Notes: generated by a model from the letters alone, not told the origin. DNA of 64,000 nt from the human T2T-CHM13v2.0 reference genome, Homo sapiens (GCF_009914755.1 NC_060936.1), one strand, 5' to 3'. Positions 1-38,716 are shown, numbered from the stretch's first letter. Program-made: numbers and translations.

Positions 1-78
1 TCACCCTGATTCTTGCCCCCACTTTCATAAAAGAAACTTCAAAATGCTGACGCTTTGGAGAGTAAGAAAATCAATCTT

Positions 79-690
<612 letters not shown>

Positions 691-2389
691 AAAATCCAAA
701 AAGAAAAACCAGAAGGCCTGCTGGCGTATAAATCCCTGGGCGGGTTTCTGATAAATTGCCCTGTGCTGTCAGCCCCTGCACTGCACTGCTGCCTTCCATG
801 GTGGGTGGGAGACCCCAGAGCGGGGCAGGCGCCACTGAGGGCTTTTCTTGGAGTCGGCCAGCAGGCCACGCAGCATCCGGCACCCTGGGCGGGCTGGCTA
901 GCTGCCTTCTTAGGACATCTCTACTTTGAAGGATTTTACCGCAGGAAGCAATAGCAGCGCTGGCCATTGGTGCTGATGACAGCATTGGGTCTGGTTGAGG
1001 GGAAGGGGCTGGAAAGCAGCAGACCCCCCCAGTGCTGCGCATGGTCCCGGAGCTGTCAGCCAGGGGAGTGGGGTCAGCCGTCAGCCAGCCCTCCCGTTTC
1101 CCGCCCGTGGGCCCTGACCACACTCCCTTTTCTAGAAGTCAATCCTAAGGTTTCTCTGCTCTGGCTAAGAGGATGTAAATTTGGATTCTTAGAGGGCATG
1201 GCACCCCCAGTCCCTGCCCAGATAAAGTAGCACAGTGGCATGCAGCACCTCTGTCTGTTGCTGACGTTGGGGGGCTTACACACCCACCTCATCTCCGTGC
1301 ACAGCCATGACTGGCCCTGCCGGCAGCTGGGGTGCAGGTAAGGGTCTCTCTCATAGAGGGGAGCTGCAGCTGAGAACTGGCGAGGCCCCTTCCTCCAAGG
1401 CCCTAGCTGGCCCCCGGGTGAACCTGAGGTGGCAGGTTCAGGTTTTCAAGATGGTGAGGTCTCGCTGTCTGCTGGACAGTACGTTAGGCTCTCAGAACTC
1501 ATGGGTGTGGAGCTGGGCCTGTCCCGGGCCAGTGGACCCCTGTGTGTGGGGGATTTGGGGTGCTGTGGGCCTGGTTATGCACTGGCAGATGGACCTTGCT
1601 TTGGTCCAGCTCTTTTCCTTACCCTGGCTCTGACGTGGGAAGGCTTGGAGGGCCCGTCTCATCACCCCCGTTCGCCCTCAGCTGTCCCTTTCCCTTGTCG
1701 CCTGGCCGCTGCCTCGCCCGCCTGAGGCCTCCTAGCAGGCAGCCTGGGTGTGAGTTGAGCCTCTCTCTTTTCCCTCTGGTGGGAAAGTGGCCTTTCCCTC
1801 AACACCTGCTCCCCGGCCCCAGAGGAACCCACCTGTTTTGGAGCTCAGCTTGGCCCAGCGTTTCCTTGGGGAAGGGAAAGGAGGCCTGGACAGCACTGAT
1901 CCGGGCAGGCAGCGTGTGCAGCAGTGGCCAGCCAGAGTGCCAAAGATGCACGGGGATGTGGTGTGTGGCTCCGGGCCCTCGACATCTCTGCTTTGGGGGA
2001 TTTTTACCTTGTCTGCACACTTGTCAGGGGAGAGGGGACAGCAAGGTGGGAGGTTGAAGAGCTTTGAGGCTCAGCAGCATGTTTGTGGCATTCGGTGGAC
2101 ACCATGGCCTTGGGCGGCTGGACAGGTTTTTGTGATGTGAAGGACATGCATGGGGCACATGGTAAGCTTGGCAAGGGCTCCAGGAACGCTGACGAAGGGT
2201 TTTAGGACCCCCACCCCCATGCCTGTACCAGGGCTGGCCTCCAGAGCGGGTGAGGACAGAGCAGCTGTGGGCTTTTCATTCTGAGGTCTTGGCCCCCCTG
2301 GCCACCGCAAGGGACTCTTTGCTTGTCAGGGCTTGCAAAAACCAACCTTCGAGAAAGAAAAGGGAACTCTTCACGTTGAATGTTGACTT

Positions 2390-2436
2390 TGTGTGTATGC
2401 GTGTGTGTGTGTGTGTGTGCACGCGCGTGTGCGTGT
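2390..2436 (+). repeat. (TG)n / alternating purine-pyrimidine microsatellite
   Basis: tgtgtgtatgcgtgtgtgtgtgtgtgtgtgcacgcgcgtgtgcgtgt. Confidence 0.9.
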
Positions 2437-3093
2437 TTACTTCATGGAATTTTGTTTTGTGAAATTCCCCTCCAATCGTGTCAGAATTTACCTCCATGCC
2501 CCAGTCACACTGTTGGTTCTGCGCTCTGAACCTGGGTGTAGCTCATTTGAAGGACTCTCTTCTGCGTTTCCTAACAGTTATTTGGTGGTCTCAAGAGTTG
2601 AGGTTGTGGAGGGTTGGGAGAAACTGAAGTTCTATACATTTCCATAGAGTTTACATCCTGCAGTTAAAAGGCAGGGAGGGCTCAGCCCGGGCCCCACAGC
2701 TCCAGGCCATTCCCTACGGGCTGCCCACAGTGCCCCCTTTTCTCTAGCCGAATCTTTTTCGAACAGCCCGGGAAAGGAAAACGGATTCACTTGCTGATTT
2801 TGTTCACGGCGGAAGCACCATGTTCCGTTCCTTTTTCAGGTTCAGTTTGTTGTGTAAATGGCGGTTTTTTCTGGTGTGAGCTTTGGTGATGGTGGCAGGG
2901 CTCCTTTGAAGAGATGGTTCCACCTCGTGGTCTGAAGAACAAACCAGAGAAGAGTCTGGTTTGGCCAGAGGCCCCCTCCGGTCCACGTCACCCTGAGTAC
3001 ACCCCTCTGATTGCTCTGCTGTCAAGAAGCACGTTTCCACCAGCTGTATTCAACACTACAATGCATTTTTTAAACTATATTTGCATCCAAGAC

Positions 3094-3099
3094 AATAAA
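3094..3099 (+). terminator. Polyadenylation signal AATAAA
   Basis: gacAATAAAgac with downstream ttttttt and gtgatgtgtgg elements. Confidence 0.7.
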
Positions 3100-5662
3100 G
3101 ACACCTTATTTTTTTTGAAAAGCCTGTGATGTGTGGCCTTAAATACTATCCTGTTGCAGCAGTGGAAGAGATGGGAAAATGAAGAGATCTGAGGATAGCG
3201 ATGCCCTTGGCCAGCTCACTCCTTCTAACCTCGGGAGGTGTGATAAGCCTGGGATGGAGGCATTGGGTGGGGAAGAGGCCCAGGGTGGGAGGGCGATTCT
3301 AGAGGTGTGTCCAGAAAGTCGGTGCTCCTCTTCTAAAGACAGGCCTCCCCACAAAGGCTGATGAGAAAGGCCCAGTGTGGCGGGTTCTGCCTGTGGCCTC
3401 AGCAGGGGCTAGTGAGGCAGGCCACTGCTCCAGGCCGCACCCAGATGGACAGAACTCACTGGTGCCCCTATAAACCTCCCGTTTCCTCATCCGGGACTTG
3501 GGCAAAGAGCACCAGGCCTGCACGCTTGACAGTTTCACGTGAAATCACATGTGTCCAAGTGTTCAGTAGCCCGTGGAGCTCTGTGCTTAGAGAGTGCAGT
3601 CATCAGCATAGCCAGCACTGGCCCAGCTCTGCAAGATCCTCAGTCACAGTGGGAGCCTCCAGGCACTGTGGTTCCCCTCCTCGTTATTGACCCAATACCA
3701 GAGATGGGAAAGACTAGAAAGCTGGCCAGTAGAACTGTTCCTTTGTTCAGGTGCTGAGAAGGTTTGGCTCATCTTCGTTTAATGTAGCAGCTTTTCTCTG
3801 TCGTTTTCCTGGGCCCCGCGCCCACCCATCTGGCGCCCTGTGCCTGGACAGGGTGACCCAGCGAGAAGACACAGCCCCGCACAGAGCCATGGGGTTGCTT
3901 CACCAGATGACTGCCCAGATCTGGATCTCGATGTAGAATGCAGTGGGTTGATACACAAGCTCTTGTCTGATCAAACCCCCATACCTCCCCCGAGGAGACA
4001 CAAAGCAAGCCTGGGCCTTGAGAGCCGGGGGTCCTAGAGGGAAAGGTGAGCGCCTCACAGACTCCTTTGGGCTGGAAGGAACTCGGTTTCCACTGAGCTC
4101 AGCAGCAGGGGTCTGTGTTAATGTTTTGAGCGCAGCTCCATACCTACCTGGGATCCTAAAAGATGGTAGGGGCATGATTGGAGGAGAAAGCAGAGTTTGG
4201 ATGGGTTGGGGAGGGAGTAGCAGCGACAGGAGCAGGACAGGAGCAGGATCCAGAGGGAGCGAGGCCGGTGCCCTGGAGTCCTATTCCTTGATGTTCACTG
4301 GGCCCTGCTCAGGCTTAACATTTCCGGCTGCTGCAGGGGCACGTACAGCTCTGCACATTTCTCAAGGTGGTGGCGTGGTTAATTCCATTACAGACAAACC
4401 GGAGTCATGTCCGAGGTAGCGAGGCTACATGGGTCAGAGAAGCCTAACCGGGCTTTTCCCTCTTGTAAGTGGCCTCACCATCCACCACTCACCCAAGCCC
4501 AAATCCAGAGAATTATCCCTGATGTCCTTCCTCTCCCCTCCCAATACCAAGTCCTGCCAAGTTTCTCTTCTCAGTTTCTTCTAAATACACATCCGCTTCT
4601 CTCCATCCCTGCTGCCATCACCCCCATCCAAGTCACGTCATTGCCCAAGCAGCTCAAGTAGTGGCCTCATCCATCCTCCACATCATAGCACGAGCTTTAA
4701 AAAGCCCAAGTCTAGCCAGGTCACTCTTCTCTTCAGTCCTTCCAGCGCTTTCCAGATAAAGGCCCAGGCCCTCAGGGAAGCCCCTCCCCTGCTTTCTTTG
4801 CTGTTTTTTTCGTTTTCTGAACACACCAGGTTTGGTTTGGTTTTGCTGTTTACAGTTTTCCCAAGGTCTGTCTCCTCTGTCCCAGCCCTTCCCCATCTCC
4901 ACTCTTTTCCTTCAGGTCTTTCCTTAAACATCAGATCCTCAGAAACCAGCCTTCATATTCCCTCCCCACCACACAGGTGCACGCACACATGGAGTCGGGC
5001 CTCGGAGCGGCTCTCAGGACACCGATCATGTTGAATTACTCAGTTTCTCTTCCCCACCAGATTCTGAGCCCACCAGGACGAGGGCCTGGTGCCGTACCTC
5101 GCACAGACCTGGCAGGAAGCAGATATCGAGACAGCCTGTGGATGAACTCTTCCTGGAGCCCATCCTGCTCCAGCTGCCTCTGCCCACACCCTGGGACTGG
5201 TGGGGCAGGGGAGGAAAGGGGGATCAGAGGGGGCAGGTTGAGCGACAGTAGGCGTTGACTCTGAAGACTGCGTAGGTAATTTCAAAACTTCAACTTGAGT
5301 AATTGTAGCTATAAGACTAATCTCTAAATGGTGTGAAAAGCATTTCATCTTGATGTGGACTCGATTCTGTAGAACATGGTTTCCCTTATTTTCGGTAAAG
5401 ATCTGAAATTAGATTTGTATAGGGTGGTGTGATTGAACTTATCCTGAAGTTTAATGCATGTACTTTCTACCTTTTTAGTTCAGAAAATCTTCAGTACACA
5501 GAAGTGGAGAATAGTATAATGAGCCCCTTCATCATAATGAATGACCACTATCCAGTTTAACAATGATCAACTCAGGGCCAATTTTGTTTTTTTCTAAGAC
5601 CTCACGCCCACCTCCATTATTTTGAAGCACATTCCAGACACCATATGGATTTCATCTGTTAA

Positions 5663-5970
<308 letters not shown>

Positions 5971-6573
5971 GTAAGTATGCTTTTTAATACCATTTCCAGA
6001 ATTGCATATATACCTGCAAAGTTGGTCATTTAAAAGTTCCCAAAGGCTTTGTGAAAAGCAACAAAATCACAGTTAATGAGAAATCTGGGGAATGGGGCAT
6101 TCTGATTGATCAGATTTTCTGTTTCACTGAAAATCGTTAGCTAGAAAACCCTTATTGTGTAGAGGGGGGAAAAGCTTTTTAAGATAAGAGTCTACTTTCC
6201 TGCCTTAATGGGCTTGGTACAGTGAGCAGTCTAATCTCTTCATCTAGTCTGACTGATTTTCTCTCCTGGGGGAAGTACTGAACAGAGCTGGTTGGTTGCA
6301 TTACAATTTTGCATTGGGGGTGGAGCCTGAATGATCAGGGGTTAGCGGTCCTCCCCAACTTGCCCCCCACACCTGTCCCATAGCCCTGACTCCAACGTGT
6401 TGGTGTCTCCCAAGTTCCCAGCGCCACCCATCAGTGGACTATAATGATGCTGTGTCAACTCTCCTGTATGTACTGAGATCTGTGTTTCTCTAGTTTCTGT
6501 CCCTCCTTTCCCTAATACTTGCTGTGTATTTACCGACTCTTCCTTTTTATTCTCTGACCAAGATGTGGGTACT

Positions 6574-7660
<1,087 letters not shown>

Positions 7661-8260
7661 CAAATGTGTGTACTGAAGGTTGTATTTTAATGAGACTCAG
7701 AGAATACAACAGTGACTTTATTGCAAATACAATAAAATCTTTGTTGATACCTGTGATAGGTTGTGGTATTTGGCTTCTGAGCCAGGACTGAGCCGGATGA
7801 GCAGAGATGGACCAGCAAAGGGGTTGGGGCCAGGGCGAGGAGGCAGAAGCGACCTCCCATGCAGAGCCCTTTAGGGAAGGGCAAACTTCACAGAAACAGT
7901 GGCCAAATCTCACATCTGCAGAGGTTTTGTCTTTTCCTGGACATTCCCTTTGCTGCCCCCTGGGGCTTTCTCTTGTCAGTTATCTCTTCTGTCCCTTGCA
8001 TTTTTCTCCTTTTTCATTGACTCATTCCTCTCTATTCACAAGTTTTCTCTTTCTCAAGTCCCTCTACCTCTAACTAACCTTACTTTCCATCTCTGTGCCC
8101 AAAACTTGCTCATCTGCAAACACTCTGCATCCTGATAAATGGCATTGACGTCTCCCCAAATGTTCCAGCCAGAAACTCAGACTTCACCCTAGCCTCTTCC
8201 TTTCCCTCTCTTCCCACGTTCAGCCTATTAGCAAGTCTCGCCAATAACACCTCCAAAATA

Positions 8261-8947
<687 letters not shown>

Positions 8948-9029
8948 TAATCACAGACCCAGCCACCTCTCCCCATTCCCACTGCCATGACAATAACCCT
9001 CTTGCCTGGACAATTTGAATATTCATGTT

Positions 9030-11285
<2,256 letters not shown>

Positions 11286-11959
11286 TCCCATTCCTGTTTC
11301 AAAACTCTGCCTCCCTCCTCTCCTGCCCTCAGCAGGAGCACTTCAGTTTATAAGTCTTCTAGGAGAAGTCCCCCCACCCCCGTCCATTGCTTGCATTCAG
11401 TGCAACGGTAACTTCAATCCCATTGCTTCCCGATTACGATTAGGATTACGCAGCCCAGGTCCCAGCAAGAGGAGCTCTCTGTGGCTACTCAACCGCACCC
11501 CACACTTCTTCCTTCTGTGCTGCCGTGCATTCCCCTCCCTGGAAGGCCCAGCGCTCTCTCTCCGCTGTGGCCTGGCCCAGCCCTCCCTGCTGTGCCCCCG
11601 GAACCACCGCCAGTGCTCCATTTCTGCTGCTGATATCAAGTGCGGTGTAGCTGTCAGTACCACATTTTATCTCTCCTTTTTCAGGACAAGGACCACATCT
11701 CATTTTATCTGTCATCTATCATAGCACACAGCTTCTATGTCCCAGGCACTTGGTAATCTCGCAATGTAAATCACATCTGCCGCTGCCTGCCAGTGTGAGC
11801 CCTAGGAGGTAGATGCTTTATAATACCCATGTTAGAGATAAGGAAATTGAGGCTTACAGGGTTATATCAGATATGCCCCAGGCGTGAGCCACTGCACCCG
11901 GCCTTATGTTATCCCATTTTCAACTTCAAAAAACTCTCCCTATAGAGATTGTTGTCCTC

Positions 11960-15480
<3,521 letters not shown>

Positions 15481-16088
15481 GTAACTTTTAGAGATGAAGT
15501 TGTTTGTCTAAGGTTATGTCACATATAGTAAGTAAAGGACCAGAAACTGAATCCAAGAATAGCTGCTCTTAGCACTAATGCTGTTGGGGGAAAATGTTTC
15601 CAGGGCCATTGAATAGGAAATTAATAACGTTGGGATCTTGAAGAGCCTCAGAATTGTCATTCTAAGTATTCCTTCTCACTATAAAGTACTGTCATTTTGG
15701 GTAGTGCGTAAAAGGGCTGAGAGAAATAATATTGCATTGGTTTTACTGCAAAATTGGTTCTACAAGGAGTCACGCCAGGGGACTGCTTTGTCCATTCAGC
15801 GGGGAGATCCGAAGAGCAGATAAAGAGCTGGGGACAGTGGAGCTGAGCCTGGTGTCAGAGATGGTTGAGAAGAAACACCAATGTCACAAACCCACTGCTA
15901 CAGTAAGACACCTGGGGGTGCTAAAGTCTTTTCTTACCTTATTACCAACACTTGGAAAAGCCTTCACACCTCTCCATTTCTCACCTTCTCTCCAAGTGCT
16001 ATTTCTTTTTTAAAACTTGAAATCATGTTTATTTGACTGATTTCTAAAATAATACATACTAACTTTAGAAAATTTGGAAAATACATTA

Positions 16089-16280
<192 letters not shown>

Positions 16281-16477
16281 TCAGGAGGCTGAAGCAGGAG
16301 AATCGCTTGAGCCCAGGAGGCGGAGATTGCAGTGGGCTGAGATCGCACCACTGAGATCAAAAAGAAAAAACAAAAAAAGAAAAATTCTCCCCCTGCCCAA
16401 AGATTTTTTTTTTTTTTTGCCAGTCTTGCTTTCTGTCTATATGTAAGATAGGTGGACACACACACACACACAGACAC

Positions 16478-17800
<1,323 letters not shown>

Positions 17801-18206
17801 TTTTTTAACTCAATGGGGGATCGTCATAAATATATTTTATAACCTGCTTTTATAAATTAACGTCATACTTGAAGCATTTTACCCTGCCAGTAAACATTCT
17901 TTGATAAAATGACTTTGAGCGGCCACTGTTTGTTCATTGCCTTATTTTCAGTCATCGGGGTTGTATAGCAGCCGTGAAAGTGTGCCCCTCAGATTTCCCA
18001 CTCTGGGAAGTATAATTGACCCAGGGCCCCCAGCTGCTGTGCCCGGAAATCCATCACCCAGCACATGGAGACCCCGCTTCCCGCAGGCTTCTCCCATCTA
18101 GAGACAGCATGGCAGGGATGCTGAGGCTGGCTCGTTCCTGGGAGACCCAGGCTTCTCTTAGGATTTTCCCACATTCGTGCTGAAGTCTCCCAGGATGGCA
18201 CCGTAG

Positions 18207-22230
<4,024 letters not shown>

Positions 22231-23479
22231 CCTGATTCCAGGGCCCAGCCAAAACTACTAAATCAGAACCTCTGGGTGTAAGCCTAGGAATCTGCATTTC
22301 ACCTCCCTCTCAGCAGTACCGGCTGTGTACTTTGTTTAGAAATCACTAAGCATTTCAAGACAGTGATGAGAACAGAGGGTGAAAACAAGCTCAGGGCCCT
22401 CTGAGCTCTGGGCCCCATGACTGAGTAGGTCACAGGCTCGTGAAGCTGGCCCTGCAGCCCAGAATGAAGCCTGCATGCTCTACCCAAAGGACGACGGAGC
22501 ATTTGGTTAGCGGGTTTGCCTCTTCATCCAAGGACCTGGAAGGAGAGGAGAAATTAGCAACTTTAAAGGTTTCCTCTCCCTGTAAGAGCAGTGCGGTGGT
22601 TTTAGTGAGAAGAGTGCAGCGGAGTCCCCCGGCCCGTGGCTGAGTCATCTCCAGAACTGCGGGCTTTCAGTGACAGAAGGAGAAAGGCTGAGCCTGCGCT
22701 AGATCTGCGGGAGCTCCTTGGTCAATCCATCAATCCAATAGCATTAAATGACTCTTCTGGCAGATTGGATCAGAATGGGAATTCATTAAAGGAGACCAGG
22801 TGGTTCGCAGAATCGCTGTGAGCCTGTTGCTCATGGGAACCCGTCTGGGGTGGGGGGCACCAGGCGGCCACTGAGAGCTCAGCCCCTGTTCCTCCAGAGA
22901 GGGGATCTTGTTGCAATTGCCACCTCTCCGTGCAACGAAGCACCTGCCACCATCTCCGCTGCTTTGTGTCACCAGCGTCTGATTTGAAGTCTGATTGCAT
23001 TGCCGCGGTCTCAGGCCCACAACCTAGCTAAGAGGGAGGCTGGGAAGACAAGTGTTGCATTTCAGTTTCTGCAGCAGACAGCAGGTCCCTCTGCCCACCA
23101 AACAACCCTTACCCAGAGTGGGCACATGTCAAGCTTTTATTCAACTCGGTGTTGAGGGAATCAGCGTAACACAGCTGATTCAAAGGAGGAGATGAGAGAC
23201 TAGTATTGGTTTCTCATCTGTCTGTCTGTCTGTTGTCAGTGAAGATAAAGAATGCCAGAATCAAACAGCTCTGTTAGATGCGAAAGTGGTTCATGCCCTA
23301 CAGTAAATACAACCATAACCTTTGGAGTCATCTTCTCTACTGGGTAGAGATCATTTGCATCTTATCTGTTTTCTCTAAGTTCAAAGACCCTGGGGCCTAA
23401 TGAATAATATATAATACGTCAAACAAAGTTCCATTCTCTGAGAACAATGCCAAAGTTCCATTCTCCGAGAACAATGCCA

Positions 23480-24228
<749 letters not shown>

Positions 24229-24379
24229 TCAAAAAAAAAAAAAAAGAGGTGGGTTCTCACCATGTTGGGATCTCGCCATGTTGCCCAGGCTGGTCTCGAG
24301 CTGATCACTCAAGTGATCCACCCACCTCAGCCTCCTAAAGGGCTGGGATTACAGGGGTGAGCCACAGCACCTGACCTAT

Positions 24380-25960
<1,581 letters not shown>

Positions 25961-26233
25961 TCATCTTTTTGCCTTATTTCCCAGTTTTAGATAATTTTTC
26001 TAATATGTGTAAAGGTGTTCTGATGTAGGACAGTCAAAAAGAGAGATAGAAGTCCACCACACTGGATATTTTCTGGAAAGATCACCAAAACCTTGTCATT
26101 GGAAACTAGGATATCTGGGGGCTTAAATGCCTGCTACGGGGCCGGGCACGGTGGCTCACACCTGTAATCCCAGCACTTTGGGAGGCCAAGGCAGGCGGAT
26201 CACAAGGTCAGGAGATCGAGACCATCCTGGCTA

Positions 26234-26515
<282 letters not shown>

Positions 26516-26619
26516 CTAACCACATCCCTCCTTACATATGGACTTGTGCAAACCACACCTCTTCGGTCCTCAGTTTCCCCCGAGATAAGATGAATATATA
26601 GGTGCTGGTAGACTCAAGA

Positions 26620-26800
26620 TTAGTGGTTCTCAAACTTGAGGGTGTATTAGAATCCCCTGGAGGGCCCCATAAAGCCCAGATTTCTGTCTCCACCCACAGA
26701 CCTTCCGATTCAGTAGGTCTGGGGTGAGACCCAATGATTGACATTTCTAAAATGTTGCCACGGGCTGCTGCTGCTGCTGCTGGGCCAGGGACCACGTTTT
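26620..26800. mobile_element. MER5A-like DNA transposon
   Basis: agtggttctcaaacttgag...gaatcccctggagggc...gggaccacgttttgag. Confidence 0.7.
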
Positions 26801-27539
26801 GAGTCCGGGTGATCTCTAAGAAGCCTTAACAGTTGTGGACTTAACATTGATTCAAATGACAAAATCTTTGGACCTGGCTAGGAAGAAGTCCCCTAGGCCC
26901 TGAAAACCCAGTGGGGAGTTGTGCAGAGGACACTGTAAGATTGCTGCATGCCGCGCCTGGCATTGACAGCCTGTGAGGCCCAACCACTGCCCGGGGAGGG
27001 TCAAAGCCTGAGTAAGGCAGAGAAGCTCAGGCTGGAAACTGGGCTCCACCCCTTAACAGCTGTGTGGCCTTGAGCAAGTGACTGACTGACTTCCTGCCTC
27101 AGTTTCCCTACCTATGAAAAGAGGATGGTGCTTAACATGACCTGGCATAAAGAAAATGCTCAATGAGTGTTTATTGCTGCTGAGGTCTTGCTTTGTCTCT
27201 GGAGTGAGTGGTGCTGTCCTAGCTCACTGCAGCCTCGAACTCCTGGGCTCAAGCAATCCTCCCACCTCAGCCTCCCAAGTAGCACACCACCATGTCTGGC
27301 TAATTTTTTTGTTTTGTTTTGGGTTGGTTTTTTTAGAGATGGGATCTTGCTATGTTGCCCAGGCTGGTCCGAAACTCTGGCCCCAAGCAGTCCTCCAGCC
27401 TTAGCTTCCCAAAGTGCTGGGATATCTGATCTGTGTTACAACCCTATGAGGCTGTGGCCATCACCATCGCCATTTCCAGACGAAACTAGCCACCGTGTCC
27501 CACCAGGGTCATTATTTCTTTTCTCTTTCTTTTTTTTAA

Positions 27540-27677
<138 letters not shown>

Positions 27678-27840
27678 TGAGCCCGTCCAGTGGGAAGAAA
27701 TGACAGTGGTAGAAGCGATACCTCTTTCTAGAGCATGTCCATCTGCCCTCTGCCACAACTCTACCCAGCTTGGAGTCCCATTTGCCAATGTCAAGCCCCT
27801 CACAAAATGTGTCACAGATTATGAGAAAAATTCAATATAA

Positions 27841-27846
27841 TTTATT
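27841..27846 (-). terminator. IL31: IL31 polyadenylation signal (AATAAA on minus strand)
   Basis: Plus-strand tttatt about 355 nt beyond the stop codon; U/GU-rich sequence downstream on the minus strand. Confidence 0.75.
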
Positions 27847-27991
27847 AAATAGATTCCGAGGGCTCCCCCAGGGAGCATTGACAACTCTTAGTACAATAAA
27901 TATCAATAAATTAACATAGCTGCCACCTCCCACCCTCACGAGGGTATAATAAGTAAGACTTAAGCCTGCAGAAGAAAAGCATTCCATAAAT
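27846..27991 (-). promoter_or_regulatory. IL31: AU-rich elements in the IL31 3'UTR
   Basis: AUUUA pentamers (plus-strand taaat) at 27846, 27897, 27907 and 27987; typical of cytokine mRNAs. Confidence 0.6.
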
Positions 27992-28201
27992 ACCAAGACT
28001 AATAACAATAACCTAATGTTTTTCAAGGTAATTCACAAATTCACATCTCAGCCCTCCCGGGACTAGCCCATATGAGGGGTCCCTGAGATTATTCATTGGA
28101 AAAATGTACTTAAGGAATCACGGCAGAGTTCCCACACTTAGCTGTCGGTCATCTTTTTAAGGCTCCTTAAGTTCCTGCCAATCCGAAAGGAAGAGATGGC
28201 C

Positions 28202-29962
<1,761 letters not shown>

Positions 29963-30034
29963 GGCGAGAGAGAGCAAGGCCAGCTTCAGTGGGGGCTTCT
30001 GGAGCCAGATGTGTTCGCCATGGCTGCCTGGAGG

Positions 30035-30440
30035 TATATAAAGGGCCAGGGTGAGGAGAAAGAGCAGTCAGCGTCCCGCCCATGGCAAAACCATTTACTC
30101 AGCTTTTCTCCAGAAAACACTCAAAAGTTCTACTGGCCACGGCTGAGTGAAAGGGCTGAATGGAAATGCTGAGGTTACCCTCCAGGTGGGCAGATGCCTG
30201 ACTCAGACACACACATACTTCACAAGAAGGCACATGAATGCATCTTTGCCATTCTTCTTGGAAGGAGCCTGTTGATTTGACTAGACAAAATTTTGAAGCC
30301 CAGGGTTGACAGACACGACCATACCACCAAGGAGCGGGTGACTTCCAGGAGTTCAAGGCCAGCGGCCACAGGGAATTTCTGGGGAGGAAATGCGAAGCCG
30401 GCATGAGATGTGCAGAATGCGGTATCTCTGGAAATTTCTG
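30035..30440 (-). promoter_or_regulatory. IL31: IL31 promoter: TATA box plus STAT6/GAS/NF-kB/NFAT-like motifs
   Basis: TTTATATA at 30042..30035; TTCTCCAGAA 30106-30115; TTCACAAGAA 30219-30228; TTCTTGGAA 30255-30263; GGGAATTTCT 30371-30380. Confidence 0.7.
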
Positions 30441-30627
30441 CAGCATATGCCCACGCCGGTGTGCAGGGACGGCCCCATAACTGCTGTGAATGTGGCGGGT
30501 CGAAGGCTTCATCTCAACTCCATGTGGCCTTGGACATCACTGGACTCTCCATCGTGCCTCTGCAATCTCAGGGCCCAGAACCAGAGACTGTGATCCAGAG
30601 TTATTGCTTGAAATCCTTGTTCATATC

Positions 30628-31799
<1,172 letters not shown>

Positions 31800-32423
31800 T
31801 AGGGTATCGGGAATAGCGGTGAAGAAGTTAGAGTTCCTGCCCTTGTGGGCCCGTCATTGCTGTGGGCTGCGGACAATAGCAACAACATTCATAAATAAGC
31901 TAGAAAGCACTGTGACGGTTGGAGAGTGACGGGCAGGATACTTTAAGTCAGGTGATCAGCAAAAGTCTCTCTGAGAGGTGACATTGAAGAAGAGACTGAA
32001 AGACAAGAAGGAGCCAGTTGTGGGAAGACCTGGGAGAAGAGTGTTCCAAGGCAACGGGACAGGAGTGCAAAATCCTCAGGTGAAAATGAGCTCGATGCTG
32101 TTCCTAGAACGGGAAGAGGGTCATGGCAGCCACAGTGACGCGAGAGGACAGGAGGGTAGTGGGGAGGTGGGCAGCGGCTCCATCACAGAGGCCTGAGGCT
32201 GGGACAAAGAGCCTGGGTTTTATTCCACATGTGACGAGGCAGTGCTGGGCGGCTTTCAGTAGGGAAACATAAGATCAGATGCACTTTATTTTTTTCTTTT
32301 CTTAATTGTTTTGTCTTTTGTTTTGTTTTTTTTTTTGGAGAGAAGATCTCAAGCGATCCTCCCACCTTGGCTTCCCAAAGTTCTGGGATTACAGGCATGA
32401 GTCACCATGCCTAGCCCTGATGA

Positions 32424-32828
<405 letters not shown>

Positions 32829-32849
32829 TAGCAGAGTCCATGGTAGGCA

Positions 32850-33985
<1,136 letters not shown>

Positions 33986-33989
33986 AGTA

Positions 33990-38716
<4,727 letters not shown>

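Noticed and set aside
29986-30021. Strong-Kozak upstream ATG and 11-codon uORF (MANTSGSRSPH) before IL31
   Set aside because: The ATG lies only ~14 nt downstream of the TATA box, so probably upstream of the expected TSS (~30010). It would matter only for upstream-initiated transcripts.
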